Notes under the pieces: generated by a model | Seen by the model: only the letters and a program-made list of their open reading frames with translations | The model's database searches: none | Told to the model about the DNA's origin: nothing | Translations under genes and position numbers: made by a program | Part shown: positions 13,257-26,178 of the stretch, in pieces | Layout: the number at the start of each line of letters is the position of its first letter | How positions within the stretch are numbered: the stretch's first letter is position 1 | Source of the DNA: Chrysomallon squamiferum | Lineage: Eukaryota; Animalia; Mollusca | Assembly (NCBI GenBank): GCA_012295275.1 | Contig: CM022672.1 | Span: 26,226,001-26,290,000 of the forward strand | Length of the DNA: 64,000 nt | Direction: 5' to 3'

Positions 13257-13957
13257 CTAATGATACCTCGACTTATGAGTTTAATTTGTTCTATGACCAA
13301 GCTCGTAACTCAATTTGCTTATATATCAAATCAATTTTCCCAACTAAAATTAATTGAACTACCATTAATCCATTCCAGCCCCCTTAAAAACCACCCCAGT
13401 TTTTTGTAATGTGTTTTTAAATAAGAAAAATGTATTTATACAAATGACAAATATTGTATAAAAAAAAATAATAATAATAAAAGAGAATGTAAAGAAAGAA
13501 ATTTGTTTTAATGTCTTTGGCCTTTATCAACTCCTTCTGCTTCAGTATGGTACATATCATACAAGTACCACACATAATGCTTAGCCAAGTCAGCTACACA
13601 CACACCTTGCTCATATTTTTCTATGATTTCATGCTTTAATTCAATGGATATCATCCGCTGCTTTATGTCAGCACTGTCTTTTGGACTCACTTTCTTTGGA
13701 TTCATGGTCAGAAAAAAAACCAATTGGTGCGATTCTGCAGAAAATATAACCACAACATAACAGAGATGCTTCCACAGTGAGGTAATCACATGAAGTAAAT
13801 GAGCGAGACACAGGATGCTGGGCGGATGTTGTGTTGTTTGTTGTGCCAAGTAGCAGCAGTGTAGCTGAAGCTTGCTTGTAACTCAGAATTGACTGGGTGA
13901 CTGCTCGTAACTCTGTAAATTCATAAGTTGGTTCACTTGTAAGTCAAGGAACCACTG
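13257..13957 (-). mobile_element. Tigger/pogo-like (Tc1-mariner superfamily) internally deleted DNA transposon
   Basis: Minus-strand CENP-B-type N-terminal HTH remnant MNPKKVSPKDSADIKQRMISIELKHEIIEKYEQGVCVADLAKHY. Imperfect TIRs CTAATGATACCTCGACTTATGAGT and (reverse complement) CAGTGGTTCCTTGACTTACAAGT, each flanked by TA. Confidence 0.8.
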
Positions 13958-14471
13958 TATAAAAAAAACAGCAGCAAAAAGAGGTCAATAAATTATGCAT
14001 CTTTATTTAATAATCTGATAACAAAAAAAAAAAAAAAAAAAAAATTATGTTTTATAAAACATGTATTTTCTAAAAAATATTTTAAAAACATATATATATT
14101 TTTAAAATAATGATGTTAAAGATCAAAAATCTATTTAGAATATTGTTAATTTACAAACACTTAAAGCTCTTACTTGATTTATTGTCCAAAGAAGCACAAA
14201 GTACATACAATGGTAAACATTCACCTGGTGACCCAAGAGATATATGACCAATCATTTCTGGTATAACCTCTGAACTAATTATATTACAGGCTGTAATGTA
14301 AACTGGTGCATCATAACAGAGGTATGTTCATTCCTATCACAGAAAAATACACATTAACATATTCCTTGACAGTAGCAGACAGTCTAAACCAGCAGACATA
14401 TTCTTTTGTGTTATCATTGCTGAAAAGTGTTAGTATATAAAACTTCTGTGCTTTCATTATCTATCTATCTA

Positions 14472-14517
<46 letters not shown>

Positions 14518-14725
14518 TTCTTTACTGTGATTAATACTCTGTTTAAAGTGAAAAACTACACTTTATTATTTTAAATATATACATAACATCTTTCAACAAA
14601 ATATATTTTAAAAACCCCACAACAACTTATCTCAAAAAATTAAAAAGCAAAGCACAGCCAAATGAAAATGTTTAATTATTAAAAATATAAAATAATAAGA
14701 ACCTGCTATTGATATATATATGTGT

Positions 14726-14778
<53 letters not shown>

Positions 14779-15466
14779 TTGTATATATAAATATATATAA
14801 AGCAAATTCATTTGAACACAAAACAGTAATTAAGTTTTAATTCACATGAACACATTTCAGCTTAATATTAAAGTTTTTGCTCTCACTACTTGTATTTTTA
14901 TTCATATTTTCTGTAATAATACCAGTACCAGGTAGGTAGCACCTGACAGCCAAATTAATCACTTAATATCAGAGGAATGTAACAACAGGAATGTAAAATG
15001 ATAAAGAATCTGTGAAATCAATGGGTTTTCAAGACTAATTTGTTGAGTAAAATGGAACTATTTCTAATTTAGCTTTAGTACTTACTAGGAGGTGCAGATC
15101 TAATCAGCCTTTGGTAATTAAAAGCACAGCACTACTTACACACTTATCACTGAACGAAATAACAAATTTGTCTTAAAATAAAATTTAAAAATTACAGAAA
15201 TTCAGTTTTCATTTGTTTATAATATGCATTATTTGTGAAATTAAGTATTTATTAATTCATTAAAAAAAAAAAAAATTATAATAACAATAAAATAATAAAT
15301 GCACGTTGTGTGTATGTATATAAATATATATGTATATGTGTATGTATATTAGTTACAAAATACTGATTAGTTACAAAATACTGATTAGTTGTAACTGTAA
15401 TTATAATGATTTATACAAAAATATGCAAAAGAATACATATTAATTTTATATTTTTCCATATCTCTA

Positions 15467-15670
15467 AATAATAATAATAATAATAACCATAATGATAATG
15501 GTGATGATGATTATAATAATAATAATTAAAATAATAATAATAAAAATAATAATAATAACAATAATAATAATAACCATGATGATAATGATGATGATTATAA
15601 TAATAATAATAATAATAATAATGATGATGATGATAAAGATGATGATGATGAAGATGATGATAATAATAAT
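15467..15670. repeat. Compound (AAT)n/(GAT)n microsatellite
   Basis: Directly visible; source of the poly-I/Y/H/M ORFs. Confidence 0.95.
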
Positions 15671-15740
15671 AAAACAATCATTAACACAGAACATACTGGG
15701 TGCATAAACATTAGCTGCAAATACAAAATGATTAATTAAA

Positions 15741-15779
<39 letters not shown>

Positions 15780-16624
15780 GTATTTTTAATCTTGTTTAAC
15801 TGAGAAGTATTACATTTTTGTACTTTTTAACACTATTAATAGATGTTATATTTTGGTCAGTGTCCTAATTATGGTAGTGCTTTTTTTTTTTTTTTTTTTT
15901 TTTCAAAATGTTCCCTTTATATTCAATAAACTTTTACGAAATTAATTATTAAAATGAACATCAATGAAATAAAAAATTTAATATTTTAGAAAATAATTCA
16001 AATTATTAACAACTTAACATATACATGTGCATGCACACAAACACACATACCACACATATGTACACACTAATCTATTTGTAAGTAAAGATGTAAGTTATAC
16101 AAAACCCAGTTTTGATCAGTTTGCATCTGTAACAGTAATTCAGCTATTTAATGTAAAAGTTATATAAACAGTTATTTCTATGTCTCAAAATCAGTTAATA
16201 GCTGAGTTTGAGTCTGAACTATTTGAAGGAATTATTCGTAACTGAAATATTACAGCAATAATCAGCTTTGTATAAAAATGTAAAAACAGGATTGTCTATT
16301 TCACTGGGTGGACATTTCTTAAAATTTGATAAAAATCCTGATTAAATAAGCTCTAAACTAAGAAACAAAGTAAGTAAAAATAATAATTGTTATTTTAAGT
16401 ATTTTAAAATAAAGATCTTTCATACAATGCCATCTGATGAAACCGTTCCATAATGATTTTCATAAAATGGCCTGTTCATACAATAATGAAACTCAAACAC
16501 ACACAGACAGTGTCAGCTTATCAAACCTAGTAATGGGGACAATACAAAGGCTGAGCTAAAATGCTGAATATTTTTGAACTGGTACTTCCAATAATTGGCA
16601 AACTAACTGCAAATGATGATAAAT

Positions 16625-16687
<63 letters not shown>

Positions 16688-16874
16688 GTAATAAAAGATA
16701 CAATTTTCAGTGAAGCTACAGATTTCATTTATGCATTATGCCAGACAATAACTTTTTGTCCACCTATAGTTTATTTTAATTTCTTAAATAAAAGAAAAGT
16801 TAAAAATATAAAAAAAAATCTTGAATTTATTCATAATTAACTGTATCCACTCCTTAAAGGAAGCACTATAGATT

Positions 16875-19800
16875 TTAACGAACATCTGAATATGGGTCTT
16901 CTTCATCTTGTTCCTCTTGAGTGATTTCTTTAGATTTTTCTGCTGCCATGATTTCAACATTTGCTTCATCATACAATGGTTCTTCCTGTGTTTGGTTTGA
17001 ATGCAGTGGATCTGGTTCTTCATACAGAGGTACAGACTGTTTAGTTGAAGGCATATTCACTTTGGAAACTGAAATTGCTGATGCTTCACCATAAATATGT
17101 TCTATATCAGCAGATTTCTTGCTGGATGCAAATGTATCATATGTGTCATCCAGTTCCTCATCTTTAACTGGTTGTGAAATGGTAGGAACATTAAGAGAAG
17201 AGGCTATCTTAATTTTGTCATAGTCTTCTTTGTGCTCATTGTCTCCTTCAGGACAATGCTCCTTCCAAGCTTCACCTTTCTTTTTCACAGGTTTTGAATA
17301 GATATCACCCATATTGTTCTCTTCTGGTTTTAGAGATTTTGTGCTGGACCTGGCTGCATTCTTCTCTTCATTGCTTGAGGTGACTGCAGCAGAGATAGGC
17401 TCACTGTAAGCACACTCAACTTCATCTGCTGTCGTCACATCACATATATCCTCATATGTATTCATGACAGGAGCACTGATAAGAGCTTCAGATATGTTCT
17501 TATGTTTCTTTTTCTGACTTTGTTTATTCCTTTTCTCCTCTTCTTTTAATCTCTTCTGTTCTTCTTTTTTCCTCTTCTGTTCTTCTTTTAATCTTTTCTT
17601 TTTCTCTTTTTCTTCTTCTTCTCTTCGTTTCTTCTCCTCTTGCTTTTTCTTTTTGTCTGATAAAGTCCCAGCTGACTGAGACTTCTGTTCTGCAGGTTTG
17701 TTGTTATCTTCTTTATTTTCCACTACTGTCTCAGGTTTCTCAGTTTCTTCCGTTTCCTGTTGTTTTAACTTCATGTCCAGCTCTTTTTTAAAACTATCTT
17801 TCAAGTGACTTGGTCCAATTGTGTTGTGGTTATTGTTATGCTCATTTGACAAAACTCTTGAAATCTCTTTCTTACTGCTGTAACCCAGAGTAACTGGCTG
17901 TCCTACTGAATTACTTCTAAGAAAAGATTCTGTTTTATCAGGATTTCGAGGTTTAGGAATAGGTTTTTGCACATTGTCAATGCTCAAAACCCGTGATCGA
18001 GACTCTTGGTTTTGATTTTGAGGACTTTCTGGTAGCACAACATTCAGAGAATCTTCTGGAATAACCAAAGGAACTGCTTCTTCTTGATGCCTGATTTGCT
18101 TAGTTCGTATATTCACTTTTTCATAGATTGCCTCACCTTCTGTTGTGTGAAAAATAAAACTGCCAGCTCCTGATATACAACGTCGGCCTGATTCAAACTG
18201 AAAAATAGTATCTGTTTTTCCAAACCGTCGAATGAATCGATAAGGCCACTGATAAAGAGCTTTTCTTGTTCCTGGGTGTATCAAAGCTAGATTAATTGGG
18301 TTAATTGCAAGAAAGTACCAGCCATGCAGATTAAACCTTTTTGCAGTCTCATTGTCATTTATTTGCACTCTAAACATGGGCACAGAATCTGTAAAAAAAA
18401 AAAAAAAAAAAAATAGATAACAAAAATTAAATAGGTAAAATGACATCAAAAGCATTACTTATTTTGACATGTACTTCAATATTTTTGAGCCCTCCCCACC
18501 CCTAAAAAATATAATATATTAAAAATAAATAAAAATAATTTAAATAATTTAAATTTTATCTAGAATGTTTTTGGTTCATTATTATTATTTTGTAGAAATG
18601 ATTCTGTCACATAAAATATAAAATAAATTTCATGATTATATTAAACAAATTTCTGAAGTTTATGAAATGCAAGACTAGGCTACACAAGCAAACAAAAATA
18701 CAACTAATGTGATGGATAAACTGATGGAGAAGAAACATGAATTAAAATTAAAAACATTTAAATAAATAAATATAGGTTATTATAAATGTAACTGTTACTT
18801 GAGTCTGCTGATTCATATATAATGTTATCATCCATGTACAGATTCTTGAGGTCTTCATCTTCATTTGAATTTGTTCCACATTGATTAGCCATGTTTCCTT
18901 CTTCACTCACTTGCTCAAGCACAGTTATCCAGTTGTTCAATGACGTTTCTGAGTCTACACCAAAAGAATATTTCTGATTTTTTGTCACTATTTCAAATCC
19001 ATATTCAAAACCCTTTGGCTTGTTTTGTAGTTTTTCTTCATGTATACTTTCAATGTTTTCCAGTGGAATAACTTTTTTGTCTTTTGGATGTTTAACACTG
19101 TGTGTTTCTGAATCAAAGATCTCTAATCTTGATGGACTCTGACCATTCCCAGGATACAGAATGCACCATCGAATATTCCAGGATTTTGACTGAAAAATTA
19201 ACACACACAAAAAAATTATTCTTTAAAAAAATTTCTTTAAAAACATGTAAACAAATAAAATTTATCTCTTTTATACTGCACCTTAGAATCTTGAGGAATT
19301 AATATCTTCAAAAAAAGATATTTTTTAAAAATTAGAAAATCAAAACCATTTTGTACTGTACAAGTCCATTGCAATAAAACTTTTTGTTTTGTTTTGACAT
19401 AAAATATCACCTGTATTGATATATTGATTTTTATTTTTGTTTCAAGTTTTACTGAATGTTTTGTTTTGCAAATAAACCCTAAAGACTATTTGTGGTCTGT
19501 CAGCCTCAAGTTTTAGGTAATAAATGATATAATATTAATCTTATATGCAGAAATAAACAATCATTTATTAACCATTCTGAGCACATTTGACAATTCATTT
19601 AGCAGGATCTTTCTAAAATGTTGTGGTTTCCATCAGTTCATTTACAAAAATCATCAAATCAGAAGTGAAGAAAATATTTTCAGACTAAAATATTATACTA
19701 CAGTGATTAAATCATTACATAACAATTACCTAATTACACCGCACAGATTCTACAGAATGGGAATATATAGTCTTATATCACTTTTAAAATTCCTATGAAT

Positions 19801-22800
19801 GCTTATGTAATAATGCTCAGGGGTTAAATCACAAGTCTCAGAGCTAGTAGATAACATAGTCATTTTGTGTTCTGGTGCTTGGAGATATAACATTATCTGA
19901 TTGCTTTTTATTATCTGCCAAAGGCAGCCATATTTCAGAGTTTAGATTTTATTCTGAATAGCAAATAATTTCTCATAACTCAGTCATACATTAGTTTAAA
20001 CATGAAAAGACTGATTACTTCAGTCCCTGTGTGTCCCTGTGTGTATGAGTGTGTGTGTGTGTGTCAACACACATATACAGAGTAAGATGCAGGCAGACAG
20101 GCAGACACACACAAACACAGAGAGACCTGCCTACCTCTCTATTCATCCATCCATCTATATATATGTATGAATATAAATTAAAAACATCCTGTTGTGTAGT
20201 GTTAACTGGAATGGGAAGTTATAATGTTATCTAAATGACATTGAAGCCTGCCATGTAAACAGACTGCTATTTTAAACTAATCATTACATTTCAGTTTGCA
20301 ACATAACAATACCATTGTTTTAGTCAAGTGGCTAGGAAATATGCAAAAGCAGTATGATAAATCATAAAATAGTCATGCATCAAAATAAAACAACAGGAGG
20401 TAGAAAAATCTGCCAATTTCCAAGTGATGGGTAAAAAAAACTCCTTTAAGCTGGTGTCAATAATTTAAAAAAAAAAAAAACTTAAATTCATATAATGTTG
20501 TAAAATTAGAAATTCATATAACAAACAAATTACATCAAACAAATTAAAGATACATTAAGAAACAGAGAAAAAATTTGATCATATCAGGAAAAAGTATAAT
20601 AATAATAATAAACAAACAAACAAACAAACAAACAAACAAATAAAAAACATATATAAATAATCAGAATGGGTAATTTTTTATGATATTCTGTGTCACAGTT
20701 CATACAAGGATTCTGTAAGAATGGTGTTAACAGTGCTTACTTCATATTTATAGTCAGGCTTTTGTGAACCTAATTTATACTTCAAACTGGACCTGAAACA
20801 ACACCATATCAGAGTTGTCTTAATAAATATCTTATCACAGAGGTTAATCCATTACATCACACTGCTGTGTTAACTGTTGATTATTTTTCAGATATTCACA
20901 ATCAGCTGAGAGACGTCTATCACTCAGCATGTGAATTGTTAACATTTTTGTCTCATTTATGATATCTGAAAACTCCATCACATTTTTAACCAGTACACTA
21001 ACAGCATGTTATACTAAACTAAAATGTATTACTAAGCATTTGTTGAGTAATATATTAAAAGGAAATTATCATTGCTCTTATTGTTCACAATTTCTCATTT
21101 CCTTGGCTCTGTCAGATAAATATGAATATATATAATCATAGCCATAAAGCTTTATTTGTCATCAGTCATATATAGATGGTAAATATGTTTTCAGTAAACA
21201 ATTCAAAAAATTAAAATAAAATAAGCAAAAATAAAATAGCCAGTTTAAGTGAACCATCTTAAAATATAGTAAATTTATGCTATTTATTATTATTATAATT
21301 GAAATAATCACAATTAGATAATGATTTCTGTTCTAGAAACTAAATATTTTTTTTAAACAGCTTTTTCCTCTGGACAGTATTTTCTACACAGAATTATCTA
21401 ATAGATGATGAAGTTATATTTAATAATGTACAAAGTATTTGTAAACAAAATAACCAGTAATATTAGTGTGCAGTTTTTTACTTTTATATTTTGTTGTAAT
21501 TTTAACTTTAAAACATGCTGTTATATTTGTTGGAAAACTGGTAACTACTAACATTACCTATGTGTAAAGTGAAGAATGTTTTATTTGAAACAAACAACAC
21601 TATTCTAATTTTCAGTTTTTCAATATTCGAGATGTTTTTAATCTTTTTAATTAGGTCTACCTGGGTTAATCAGACTTGCTCAAAAACACTAGATCTGTTT
21701 GTCAAAATTAGTGAAAAAGTCAAGCAGGAAGTAAGAACCTGGCTAATGCAATAACCTAAAGCTGACAATAGTTCAAATTATCAATTTACAAAACTAAGTC
21801 ACTGTATGTATAACAAAACTGTAACAAACCTGAAAACATATAACTTCTTTGGAACTTCAACAATCTGGAAAGTTTCTGAAAATCTTTCTCTTGTTAAAAA
21901 TGGGTTTAATATACCACCACAGTTTACAGCCTACCTTGCTATTTATATACAAGGAAGTTCAGCTAACTCTTTGTTATTTTAATCAGGTCAAACCATAACC
22001 ATACAAGTACATTTTTGGGCATGGTGTTGTCTTTCTGGTGTACACGATACACCTCTTTGCTCAGAACCATTTACCAAATGTAATCTCTCCTATGTCACTT
22101 GAACAAATAAATGTGACTAGAGAATTAACAGGATTAATTTTAAACATTTTAAACATTACATTTTGTAGATTTAGTATGAGCAGATTTGTTGATAATACTG
22201 GAAATGACTTCTTCGTGCAGAAATTCTACTAATTTGAGTGAGATTGTTCTGTCTGTTTTGACCATATTGTGGGGACATCAAAACTGAAGAGCACAATAGC
22301 AAGATATTATGTTTTCATATTTTTAAATACCACCAACTAGTACAGTATGGTGTTATTTTTTTATTTCTCTACTTTTTTCATCTTTTTGTTTCATACTGAA
22401 TAACATGACTGAAAGCTAATAATCATTTAAAAAAAAAAAAAAAAAAAAATCATGATCTGATGTTGATATTTCTATCAAGTATTTCTAATCAAATATTACC
22501 AGTGGTACAAGTAAAGTTTGGAATGTTGTGAAAGATGATACTACCTGTCAGGAAATAATTACTTTGTAATAAGAAAGTTGTATTGGTCAATGTCCTGTAA
22601 ATAGCTTTTGTATTTGATGTTGAGGAAGAAAGTATATTTTATTTCATACAGCTCACCAAATACACTGATACAATCTGAAATCTCAAAAAAGTGTGTTCAT
22701 GGTTGACTGAATCAAAGACATTTTTATAACCTATTGCACTCTGGTACCTTCAAAATGTCTGTTCAAACGGGGCCTATGAGTACCATTATTTCCTATAAGT

Positions 22801-25800
22801 TGTGTGTTTTAGAAAATATCCAACAAACAAATATCAATTACTGAAGTTCTGTTTACCATTATCCAAGACTGAAAGTCATGCACAAAAGAATAATACTCAG
22901 TTACATTATTAAGCTCCTTCTTACTACATAGGATGATTAAGGAATGATGATCAGAATGTGTAAATTCTGGCACTGTTTTTGTACTTAACCGTTTATTTTA
23001 TTTTTTATTTTTGTTCAGCCATATTAGTATAATATTGTACAACTGGTGACAAACTTATTATATAATTTATAAATATAGTGTAACATAATGTATTATGTAA
23101 AATATAATCCCTGTATTGTCTGTATTATATTAGTTTGTTCATTTCAATAATTGTCTTCTGCTGTTTGTTCTTTTTCTAACAATTTTTGTTTCTTGCGTTT
23201 TAAAGCTTCAAACATTAAACAGCTTATGTTTGAAATGTCAAGGCACAACAGAGATATAATAACACTACCAGTATCCTTTATCTCTGTATCTATATGCATA
23301 TATATGTGTGTGTGTGTGTGTTTACTAAAGTTTATGTGAAACAATTTTAATACAGCAATTGATCATGTTAGAAAGATGCATATGTATGTGTATAAAATTT
23401 CTGAACATTTTAGTACATTTGCGAAATTACTCACTGAAATTTAAACATGAAACTACATGAAAATTAAAGAATTTATTATAATCAGTGGTGTCATGGTTTT
23501 ACATATATAACAATATGAATAAAATAAATAACATAAATAATTACCAGAATTATAAATATATTTTTACTGTTACAGATTTAAAGAATTTAATAGAAATAGA
23601 TAGACTTCGATTAAAAATATATACAAAAGTAATAAAATATGAAAAGCATTTTCACAAAATTTATTAACATATAAATGAATAGTATTTGTACAAATAAAAC
23701 ACCAATCACTTCATTTTTGTTTTCAATGACAGAAAATGAAATAATGATGAATAAATACTGACAAAATTGTGCCAATCTAAGAGGATTTTTGAAGTAGGAT
23801 GAGTCAGCCATCTCTTCAAACAGATGAAAGTTACACAGAAGTACTAACTGTTGTACAATGTGACAAAAATATTGATTTTGTTATACCTCAGGCATTTCTG
23901 AGATTAAACTGTCTTTAACAAACAGTAACTGCTAAAATCAGTTTTTTACAAATGGATAACATTCAGTTGAATAAGACTGATAATTGGCTCCAATTAGTTT
24001 GTCTGTGAAAAAATTGTTTCTATCAGAAATGGTAATTTAGCAAATAGTGCTATCTCTCTTTCAAATATAAAGTAACATCTTCATTCTAAATTAACTCTTA
24101 TGACCTCTACACAGGGAACATTCTAAATTACCCATCTGAAAGCTCCTTCATGATTTATTTACTTGAAAATGTCTTTGAACACAACTTGAAATACAAAAAA
24201 AATTAATAGATTACTCATCTTTTATTTATTTACCTGTAATTTTAAATAAGCAATTAGGGATTACAGGATCTATTCCAACCAGCCCACTGGGCTAATTCCA
24301 CCTACTATCTTATGACTTTGTATCAAAAGTTCTTTCAGTATATATCTCTTGCTGATTATTAGTTACAGCAGCCTAAAGTGTAATGAATCTATGTTTTCTC
24401 TGTTATACTATCATTACAAAGTCACATGACTAATAATGTTAGACACCTAATAATGTTTAAGATTATTATATTCTGCCACTATGGGGGAGGTAGTAATTAT
24501 TTATAGCACCCACTGGTTTAATACATTTATTTTACCTGTTTCTCAATTCAACCTGAGTCACACCACTCATATACAAAAAATATATATTTTTCTGTATTCA
24601 ATAAAGTGAATAAAAAATTATTACTTCTAAATGGTTTTGTGTGTGTTGTTATAAAGTACATAATAATAATAATAATAATAATAACAATAATAATATTATT
24701 AATATTAATATTTTTTAATAATCCTATTTATTGGTAAAAAAAATAATTTAATAAAAAAAATAAAAAAATAAAAAGTAGAACACAAAAAAATAAGAGGAAA
24801 AGATAATCAATGTATTTGTATATGTGTGCACACACACACACACACACGCACGCACGCACACACACACACACACACACACACAATTTGTTTTTAAATAATC
24901 AGAATGTAACTAGGTAATAACTTAACCCAGTACAGCCATATTTAAAATAACGCTAATCTGGTGTTACCTAGCGAAAAAAAATATGTGTTATAAGATACTG
25001 TTCCTTATTCTATATAAAATGCTATAAATAGGTTTATCTGAATTTGATACATATCTGAATTTGATACATATCAAAAGAATATTTCTAAGCATATACGTGT
25101 GTTGATTGACAATCACTATATGAAGAAGAAAGATAACACAATGACATGTTATTGCAGTATTTTTGATTCAATAATATGCACACTGGGAGGTTATCTCACT
25201 TAACAAGAACACTAAACAGTTCAGAAAAAAAACTCTAAAATTAAATGACTGTTATTATTCTCAATTTTTATTTATTATCAGCTAACTACTGCATCTAACC
25301 ACTTTCTGACTAACAGGATATGATATATAATGTCACAAAGTCAGACATATTAAAGCTGGTTGTAATGTTGTTTATGTAATATTCTGTTCATACAGAATGG
25401 CCCATAATGATCTAGTATCAGCTGACTTCATATAGTTAAAACAAAGAATGAAGTGGTTAGAAAACAGGAATAAGACATGATAAATTATGAGATGAAAACT
25501 TCCTCTAGGCTGTTTTCCATCCAGCCAATGCCTTACTTGTTTACCAAAGGCAATGGTATATTTATATATATATATATAATTATACATTCTGTCTAAAAAT
25601 AAATGCATAAATAAATGATCCTTTGTTGATAATGAATAAATGTATTCTAATGTGTGATGACAGGCTTCCTCTCTCATATAAATGTTATCTATAATATTAA
25701 AATTCCATACATACTGCACTTTTTTCTTCTCTCTCTCTTTAATGATAACAGGAAATTAAATTAAATTAAATTAAATTAAATTAATTAAAAACAGTAATTA

Positions 25801-25968
25801 ATCTGTCAAGCACCATGAAAAATGCCAAAAGGTTGTTTTTTTTACCAATTATCTCCATCTATAGTAAAAATTTTAAATAATAATAATAATAATGATCATC
25901 ATCATCATCCAGTATACGAGAGCCGAGTTTAGAAATAAAATATAACAGAATTATATCTGTCACCATAA

Positions 25969-26003
<35 letters not shown>

Positions 26004-26178
26004 CTCTGTACTGACCTATATATGTATATACACATGAAGTTGAACACATACTAGTGACTACTTCACCATACTCTACAGTCAAAATTAAAAGATTTATAAA
26101 GTTTTACATTATACTCACCAAAATCCCACGAACTAAAACTAGCAAGGGGCCTGAAAAGATTCCTACTGGGTGTTCCAT
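16875..26178 (-). CDS. DOK: Docking protein of the DOK1/2/3 type (PH domain + IRS-type PTB domain + tyrosine-rich tail), 3 exons, 654 aa
   Basis: Exons 26119-26178 (MEHPVGIFSGPLLVLVRGIL, GTGAGT donor, phase 0), 18799-19189 (PH: SKSWNIRWCILYPGNGQSPSRLEIFD...WITVL; linker MDDNIIYES) and 16875-18388 (PTB: WPYRFIRRFGK...FQFESGRRCISGAGSFIF; tail with many Tyr motifs). Total 1965 nt, in frame. Exon 1 is the least certain. Confidence 0.9.

Noticed and set aside
12677-15149. Selenoprotein or readthrough interpretation of the in-frame TGA codons in the exon-like blocks
   Set aside because: TAA stops and a phase mismatch also occur and no SECIS-like element was recognised; decay is the simpler explanation.
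15411-15707. Poly-Tyr/His/Ile/Met ORFs (similar ones at 452-661, 8488-8751, 16613-16840, 47493-47822, 52900-53130, 63046-63270)
   Set aside because: Translations of simple-sequence repeats.
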